Virus record (IMG/VR): IMGVR_UViG_3300017913_002030
Span: 1 to 64,000 of that record
Strand: one strand, 5' to 3'
DNA: 64,000 bases
Origin: a virus
Lineage: Duplodnaviria; Caudoviricetes
The position numbers and the translations under genes were made by a program. Shown one piece after another: positions 58,420-64,000 of the stretch; position 1 is the first letter of the stretch; every line of letters begins with the position of its first letter. The notes under the pieces were generated by a model. It was not told the origin of the DNA and searched no databases. It worked only from the letters and a program-made list of their open reading frames with translations.

Positions 58420-59281
58420 AATACTGCTTCATCCTATTCTCATAGTCAACTGCTTTATTTTTTGTGTGACCCAACAGATCACTTACGTTATCTAACCACC
58501 ACCAGACGTTTCGATCGTCATAGCCAGACTCAGGATTTAACCTAAGCGCATTCGGTGTATGGTATTTAGTCACTCCCTCACCAGAGATTACAGCGAGAGG
58601 TCGGGCAAAGTTCTTTGCGACGTAGTGCCAAATGCCATCGTAGCATATTACGAGACGCGCAGTAGAAATAAGGTACATTGCTTCAGACGCTGGTGTTCGG
58701 TACGACAGTTCGTGCATTTCGAATCCTAACGTCTTGAAGTATAATATCAGTTCTTCCCAGTGATCATTCTCGAATAGTCTCTTCCAAGTGCGTGGCTTTT
58801 CTGCGTTCCATGTAGGTCGCCAAAATACGATACGATTAGGGTTGTAATCCTGAAATGCGTTTTCGCGAAAGATCCAATCGTTATTTGGAACAGGCCCGCC
58901 TGGATTGTCATTGTAAGTTCCACTTTCAAACCAGAAACGATTCTTGTTTATGTTCTTTGCGGCAACACGATTCACTCCGTTTTCATGCACAACATCGTCC
59001 GAATATTTCCAATCACGGTAACGACCGTTCGCATTGAAGACATGATGTATCTCTACGCGGTCTTGCTGGTGGTAGAAATTGTGAATGTAGTTGCATCGCT
59101 CGATGATCGTCTCAGGATCTTCGAAATGGTGAAGGTAATCTTCGTCGTGTTCCCAGTGAAACTCTAGATTGATCTTTCTGACGTTATGGTCGGCCGCATA
59201 TCGATGACACGAATTTAGCGCCCACATAAAATCACCGACGCCAGGCGTACCGCGCCAAGTTACGAGTTCAGATGGTTTCAT
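58406..59281 (-). CDS. GT-B (GT9/heptosyltransferase-like) protein
   Basis: GTPGVGDFMWAL; ARLVICYDGIWHYVA...P. Confidence 0.6.
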   Translation of the reverse strand: MKPSELVTWRGTPGVGDFMWALNSCHRYAADHNVRKINLEFHWEHDEDYLHHFEDPETIIERCNYIHNFYHQQDRVEIHHVFNANGRYRDWKYSDDVVHENGVNRVAAKNINKNRFWFESGTYNDNPGGPVPNNDWIFRENAFQDYNPNRIVFWRPTWNAEKPRTWKRLFENDHWEELILYFKTLGFEMHELSYRTPASEAMYLISTARLVICYDGIWHYVAKNFARPLAVISGEGVTKYHTPNALRLNPESGYDDRNVWWWLDNVSDLLGHTKNKAVDYENRMKQYYGND

Positions 59282-59616
59282 TAGTTCGTCTTAATGCTCT
59301 TTACTTTACGCGCAGAACCTGTAGATGTGTACAGACCAAACCATGCAGCGCCAGCACCAACCACGACAGAGATAAGACCTGCCTGTGCCGTATTGGGGTC
59401 TGATAGTGACATAAACCAATGAGTTGTTTGAATAAGTAGATAAAGATATGTTGCAATGAATGCACGAGGGAAAATACGATAGGCATCGATCACATCTGCA
59501 AATTGTAAAAAACCTTCGAATCTATTATATTCTGGTGTTTTCTGAGTCGTATCTAATTCGATCTCTACTTGCAGTTTCTTTTTCTCTACTACTGGTGCTG
59601 CTGCTTCTTCTGTCAT
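59281..59616 (-). CDS. Two-TM membrane protein
   Basis: RIFPRAFI.TYLYLL...WFM...QAGLISVVVGAGAAWFGLY. Confidence 0.75.
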   Translation of the reverse strand: MTEEAAAPVVEKKKLQVEIELDTTQKTPEYNRFEGFLQFADVIDAYRIFPRAFIATYLYLLIQTTHWFMSLSDPNTAQAGLISVVVGAGAAWFGLYTSTGSARKVKSIKTN

Positions 59617-59892
59617 TTAACTAAACCTTTTTTGTATCCATTTAAACACTGCGTATATGGACAAACCATAAAACGCTAAAACACTCATTGGGAGACCGAT
59701 ATAGGCTAGTTCCCAAGGTGCGAGAAACAACAGATCCCATGTGAGATCTGCGATCGCTTGCACGTCACTTGTACTTTCTAATGCGACCATCTCAGTCTCA
59801 TCCCAAGACAGGTCGTATTCTTCTACCATCAAGTCCCACGTCTCTTCGTCTATACAGACCAACTCTTCAGGACAGATAAACTCTTCGTTCAT
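59617..59892 (-). CDS. Small acidic membrane protein
   Basis: Acidic N-terminus, C-terminal TM segment. Confidence 0.6.
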   Translation of the reverse strand: MNEEFICPEELVCIDEETWDLMVEEYDLSWDETEMVALESTSDVQAIADLTWDLLFLAPWELAYIGLPMSVLAFYGLSIYAVFKWIQKRFS

Positions 59893-60053
59893 TGTTTTAC
59901 CTTGAAGTCTTTGGGATCACCGTTGATGAGTTCTTTCGCCTTGGTCTCCCAAATCCATGGGCACAGTCCGTGAACAAAGGACACGAAAGAGATTGTCCAA
60001 GCCCTTCTTAGATGTTCGAAGTAACTTAACTCAATCTCTTTCAGGTGTTTCAT
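59889..60053 (-). CDS. 54-aa hypothetical protein (not in ORF track)
   Basis: MKHLKEIELSYFEHLRRAWTISFVSFVHGLCPWIW...; overlaps both neighbours. Confidence 0.65.
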   Translation of the reverse strand: MKHLKEIELSYFEHLRRAWTISFVSFVHGLCPWIWETKAKELINGDPKDFKVKQ

Positions 60054-61573
60054 TAGAAGACCTTAACGTCGTATTTTTGTTCCCACAGTTCACGGTCGTG
60101 TTCATCGTTGACCATCGGTCTGCCGCGAATGTTTAAACTAGTATTTAGTAACATAGGCACTCCAGTACGCTCATAATATTCTTCGATGACCTTACGGAAC
60201 ACCGACTCGCAATCCTTGCGCACAATCTGCACACGCGCGGAACCATCCACGTGTGTAACAGGTGCGTAGTCATGCTTCGCCCACGAGGTGAACTGCATGT
60301 ACTCGTTCATCGGTCCGTCGAAGTATTCGTCTGCAAACTCTTCGAGAATCGCAGGAGCGAATGGACGGTACTTCTGTCTGCGCTTGATCGTATTGACAGT
60401 ATCCTGAATGTCGTATCTTACATCAGCAATAAGTGAGCGGTTGCCAAGAGCTCTAGGGCCGAATTCAGCCCTTCCATTAGCAATACCGCAATAGCGATGT
60501 TCGAGCAGATGATCAACGACAGCGCTGGGATTAATAGGAGTTGTAATATCGTATCCCGCATATGGACTCCAAATAAGTTTATCCTTACCTGTTGCTTTTG
60601 CCCATGAGCGTGCCGCAGCACCTAGACCTGAACCAGCGTCCGTTGGTGATACTGCAATGTGCACTTCGTCGAACAACTCAAATAGACGCGAGTTGATTAC
60701 GACGTTCTGTGCGCACCCCCCAGAGTAACACAACTTCTTACCATATTTAGCAGCTTCGCGCATTATACTCATAATTGCATAGTCAGCAAAGTCCTGTACC
60801 GCACGTGCGGCGACTGCATCGTCTACTGCTGTAATTTTTAAACGTAGTTCTTCACGAAATAATCGGCGATCTTTTTCTCTCTGAGATGTCTCAACATCGC
60901 CAACTGCAATGCCTTCTGCGAGTTCCGGTGCAATGTCTTCTAAGTCTTCCCACCATGCGATTAACCAATCAGTGATTGCTTTCGACTCAGGTGATGTTTC
61001 GTGATATGCGGATAGACCCATGACCACGTACTCATCTTCAAGTGGACGCAGACCCAAGAACTTGGTTACCGTAGTATACACTAACCCAACCGACTTAGGA
61101 TACTGCCACTCTTTGATTAGATTGAAATTGTGATCCATAATGGTCGCACACTGCAACTCACCAACACCGTCGATCGATACTAATACAGTATCTTCAGATG
61201 AATTCCATGGGCGAGTGTAGAATGCTGATGCACAGTGTGACTCGTGGTGCATATGATTCACGTCATATGTCATTGAATCGGGAATGACCATACGTGAGAA
61301 TGTCTCTTTTGCGGTATCTGGTCTATTCTTTAAGTGTTTTGTATCACCCTTCACGCCATGACCACCTCGCATATCAAACTTGACTGTGTGATCTTCATAA
61401 AAAGAAACATGATCATCATTACTAACCATATCCCATAGTTCTTCGGGAATTAATGGATCATTCTTTTTCTTAGAGTAGCGTTCGCCGTGAGTCGCGAACT
61501 CAACAACACCTTCTTCGTTTATGACTGCAAAACCTGAATCGTGATAATGTTCACTAAAACCTACGTACTTCAT
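60053..61573 (-). CDS. Carbamoyltransferase (NodU/CmcH family)
   Basis: GFSEHYHDSG; HHESHCASAF; DGVGE; GRAEFGPRALGNRS; RQKYRPFAP; LLNTSLN. Confidence 0.92.
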   Translation of the reverse strand: MKYVGFSEHYHDSGFAVINEEGVVEFATHGERYSKKKNDPLIPEELWDMVSNDDHVSFYEDHTVKFDMRGGHGVKGDTKHLKNRPDTAKETFSRMVIPDSMTYDVNHMHHESHCASAFYTRPWNSSEDTVLVSIDGVGELQCATIMDHNFNLIKEWQYPKSVGLVYTTVTKFLGLRPLEDEYVVMGLSAYHETSPESKAITDWLIAWWEDLEDIAPELAEGIAVGDVETSQREKDRRLFREELRLKITAVDDAVAARAVQDFADYAIMSIMREAAKYGKKLCYSGGCAQNVVINSRLFELFDEVHIAVSPTDAGSGLGAAARSWAKATGKDKLIWSPYAGYDITTPINPSAVVDHLLEHRYCGIANGRAEFGPRALGNRSLIADVRYDIQDTVNTIKRRQKYRPFAPAILEEFADEYFDGPMNEYMQFTSWAKHDYAPVTHVDGSARVQIVRKDCESVFRKVIEEYYERTGVPMLLNTSLNIRGRPMVNDEHDRELWEQKYDVKVF

Positions 61574-61600
61574 TGTTCATCCATCGTGAAGTTAAATCTT

Positions 61601-61608
61601 TATTTATA
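61601..61608 (-). promoter_or_regulatory. T4-type late promoter TATAAATA heading the tailoring operon
   Basis: tatttata 28 bp upstream of the carbamoyltransferase, right after a terminator. Confidence 0.8.
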
Positions 61609-61612
61609 GAAT

Positions 61613-61637
61613 AAAAAAAGGGGGTCATAAAGACCCC
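61613..61637 (-). terminator. Intrinsic terminator
   Basis: GGGGGUC-UUAU-GACCCCC followed by a U-run. Confidence 0.88.
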
Positions 61638-61661
61638 CGACATGCTACCTTGAGCGGGAAC

Positions 61662-62234
61662 TTAGTATCCGTTAATATACTCGTATATATCTTTCCAATT
61701 ACGCATGAGAGGAAATTCACTGTCTTGGTTGTAACCGTGTGACATTACTACAGACTCAAGACCTACCTTCGCACCAGCGATGGCATTCTCTACCTTGTCT
61801 TCTACCCATAAACACCCAGTACCTCGATAAGCTTCGAGTTCTTCGTCTTTGTCCGCACCCGTGTCGAGATAGACATACTTCTCGAAGACGGTAGGGCCGA
61901 ACAGTTCTTGGAGATTCTTTGTGCGCAGGTGTTGCGCGTATTCGTCGTTACTCAAAGAGGTGATTGCGTGAAATACGTAACCGTGTTCTTCGTGCAACTT
62001 CCGAACGTACTTGATTGCGTCACGGAGTGGTGGGATCTTTCGAACCGTCGCACTCTCGTTGAACATGCGACAGAGTCGTCGCTTCTCGTTGCGTTCCAGA
62101 CCGTACATGAAACCTACGTCGTACACTTCTGGATTCTTTATGATGTAACCGTGTCGTTTCATCCACTGTTGGAATGCATACATCCAATCGAGCAATACTC
62201 CGTCACAGTCTACTAATATAACCTTATCTCGCAT
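61662..62234 (-). CDS. HAD-family 5'(3')-deoxyribonucleotidase-like protein
   Basis: LVDCDGVLLDW; AITS; WVEDK..NA..G. Confidence 0.82.
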   Translation of the reverse strand: MRDKVILVDCDGVLLDWMYAFQQWMKRHGYIIKNPEVYDVGFMYGLERNEKRRLCRMFNESATVRKIPPLRDAIKYVRKLHEEHGYVFHAITSLSNDEYAQHLRTKNLQELFGPTVFEKYVYLDTGADKDEELEAYRGTGCLWVEDKVENAIAGAKVGLESVVMSHGYNQDSEFPLMRNWKDIYEYINGY

Positions 62235-62404
62235 TAAAACGCACCATCCCGAACATCTCGCAGAATATTATAAACCTCACCCATTGTGTAACCGTAATCA
62301 TATAGGGCCACTTGAAGCTCTGCCCAGTTAGGGTTTTGCTCTTTGTAAATATAATGATTAACTAAATCTTCAATCAAATCACGATTTTTTACTGTGTATT
62401 CCAT
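62234..62404 (-). CDS. 56-aa hypothetical protein (not in ORF track)
   Basis: MEYTVKNRDLIEDLVNHYIYKEQNP...GAF* fills the gap exactly. Confidence 0.55.
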   Translation of the reverse strand: MEYTVKNRDLIEDLVNHYIYKEQNPNWAELQVALYDYGYTMGEVYNILRDVRDGAF

Positions 62405-62405
62405 A

Positions 62406-62633
62406 TTATTGTCCTCTCACATATTGAATTGCGCGATCAACAAATCGATCATAGTTGTCACCGAATGCAATTGAAACAGCTGCACTTGCATCATCATCCA
62501 TAAACATAAGGCGATATTTGTATTTTGGATTAGGTGACTCGACAACGTTGGCAGAAATGCCATACATTTCGTTTCTTACTTCAAACAACTTATCAGTATT
62601 GGGTACTTCAAAGAACATGTGTGATCTCCTCAC
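62406..62633 (-). CDS. Hypothetical early protein
   Basis: ORF after a sigma70 promoter; real start probably MFFEVP. Confidence 0.6.
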   Translation of the reverse strand: MRRSHMFFEVPNTDKLFEVRNEMYGISANVVESPNPKYKYRLMFMDDDASAAVSIAFGDNYDRFVDRAIQYVRGQ

Positions 62634-62643
62634 TTAGAAAACA

Positions 62644-62672
62644 ATTCTAACACAGGGAGCCTAGTCTGTCAA
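62644..62672 (-). promoter_or_regulatory. Early sigma70 promoter TTGACA-17-TAGAAT
   Basis: Hexamers plus an A/T-rich upstream tract resembling those at 46.6 and 49.8 kb. Confidence 0.75.
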
Positions 62673-62691
62673 CACTTATTTTGAAAAAAAG

Positions 62692-63249
62692 TTAAATTAT
62701 TTTTACAAGGGTCATTTTAAGACTGTCGTGCCTACCCTTGAACTCGCTCAAATAATTGTAGTCTTTTATGTGTTGAGCATGACCATTCGCTTCTAGAAAC
62801 TGAATTAGTTCGCGAATTCCTGCCCATTCTGCATTGTCAAATAAAACGTACGGTATGTTGAGTCTGGCGCATAAAAGAAAGTCTGTTAGCGCCCGCTCAG
62901 TTTCGTGTGACCCGTCGATAAATGCCAAGTCAAACTCTTTATGCCCCACCTCTCGATAAACCATAGGTGAAGGTTTAAGATGCACCTGAACATTAGGGTA
63001 TTTGTTGCAGATTACGCTAGAGTATTTAATCCCTCTAGGGTGCGCAGGACAGCAACTAGTTATCTCGCTGCCCTCAGGCATGAGTTCTGCCCAGTACGTC
63101 GTAGAGTGTCCGGCATAGAAACCGATCTCGAATAAACGTGTTGCCCCAGAGATTTCAAGCGCATCGCGCATGATGTCGAAGACTTCTTTTGTGGGAGGTA
63201 GGTAACCCCACCCGTCTTCTTCCCACATTAAATGATCAAGATCCATCAC
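62692..63249 (-). CDS. Class I SAM-dependent methyltransferase (Methyltransf_24-like)
   Basis: LFEIGFYAGHS; FDLAFIDGSHE...DF. Confidence 0.82.
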   Translation of the reverse strand: MMDLDHLMWEEDGWGYLPPTKEVFDIMRDALEISGATRLFEIGFYAGHSTTYWAELMPEGSEITSCCPAHPRGIKYSSVICNKYPNVQVHLKPSPMVYREVGHKEFDLAFIDGSHETERALTDFLLCARLNIPYVLFDNAEWAGIRELIQFLEANGHAQHIKDYNYLSEFKGRHDSLKMTLVKII

Positions 63250-64000
63250 GGAAATAGTGCTCGTTTAAATTTTTGTGTCTTGTACTTTTTTTCTTTCCAG
63301 TGACGAATCATATCTAACTTCCATTCACCACCAGTGTAATGACAGAATTTTGCATTCTCGAAGAACTCTTCTTCAGTTGCATAATGAGGACTGTCATTCC
63401 AAGTAGTATCTATCGTTTCTACATCAAAGTCATATTTCATTAACTGTGCCGATATGTACGGCTGATCATTCATGATTGACATGTGGAAGTTTCCAGTATA
63501 ACACCAATCTTCCCAACTGTCAAACATTTCACGTGCGCGTAGACGCGCCTCTTTCGTCCATAGCACAACGCCAGTATTCATGATCATGATCTTAGATGGT
63601 TTATTTGGCGGCATAACAGGGACAATAGGGCAGTCGTGTAACATAAACTTACGACAGAAATCATGATAAGTGGAATCTTTATAGTCCCATGAATTGTATC
63701 CGCCGCCGGATGCAGTAACAAAGTCTGATTCTAAGACACCGTAAACGTCGGCACCAGACTCCATTATATCGAATATGTTTTCTTCTGTATTGACTACAAT
63801 ATCTGTGTCCACAAACAGGACATTATCATAGTCGTCGAAGATAGGATCTAACCAAACACGAGCGCATTCGTGTAATAGGGAAGTGGAACAACCATGTCCT
63901 TTTGTGATGACACGTTCGTCTGAGTAAAAGTGCTTTGCACTTATCTTTTTTGCGTAGTCTTGAAATGACTCTCGCGAAATGTTAGCAACTTCTTTATATA
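63246..64000 (-). CDS. GT-A glycosyltransferase (GT34/GT8-like), 5'-truncated by window
   Basis: Frame stays open to the window edge (...DYDNVLFVDTDIV, DxD); MNTGVVLW; NDQPY.S; FCHYTG. Confidence 0.75.
   Translation of the reverse strand, partial: YKEVANISRESFQDYAKKISAKHFYSDERVITKGHGCSTSLLHECARVWLDPIFDDYDNVLFVDTDIVVNTEENIFDIMESGADVYGVLESDFVTASGGGYNSWDYKDSTYHDFCRKFMLHDCPIVPVMPPNKPSKIMIMNTGVVLWTKEARLRAREMFDSWEDWCYTGNFHMSIMNDQPYISAQLMKYDFDVETIDTTWNDSPHYATEEEFFENAKFCHYTGGEWKLDMIRHWKEKKYKTQKFKRALFP

Overview
64 kb of a T4-like (Tevenvirinae/Kyanoviridae-type) myovirus genome. Left to right: (i) 1-38.3 kb, minus-strand late baseplate/fibre region. It begins with a >2,750-aa tetrapeptide-repeat protein (GTG at 8262, runs off the left edge) that the ORF track misses. 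Next come a lambda-J-like fibre/tip module, VrlC/DUF4815, gp8, a gp9/10 + 88-aa-repeat + DUF1983 chimera, gp7-like, gp6, gp25, gp5, hub, gp53 and gp48. (ii) 38.4-42.8 kb, plus-strand gp4, gp2, gp54-like, gp26, a gp51-like frame that looks reachable by -1 frameshift, and a tape-measure-like gene. (iii) 42.8-51.7 kb, gp32, gp33 and small early genes behind sigma70 promoters, with two candidate structured RNAs. (iv) 51.7-64 kb, late accessory genes including a glycan/small-molecule tailoring cluster: several glycosyltransferase-like genes, a degenerate sulfotransferase, ATP-grasp, radical SAM/SPASM, carbamoyltransferase and methyltransferase. No tRNA, rRNA, CRISPR array, integrase or reverse transcriptase was seen. 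Family calls come from motif recognition by eye; no database search was run.
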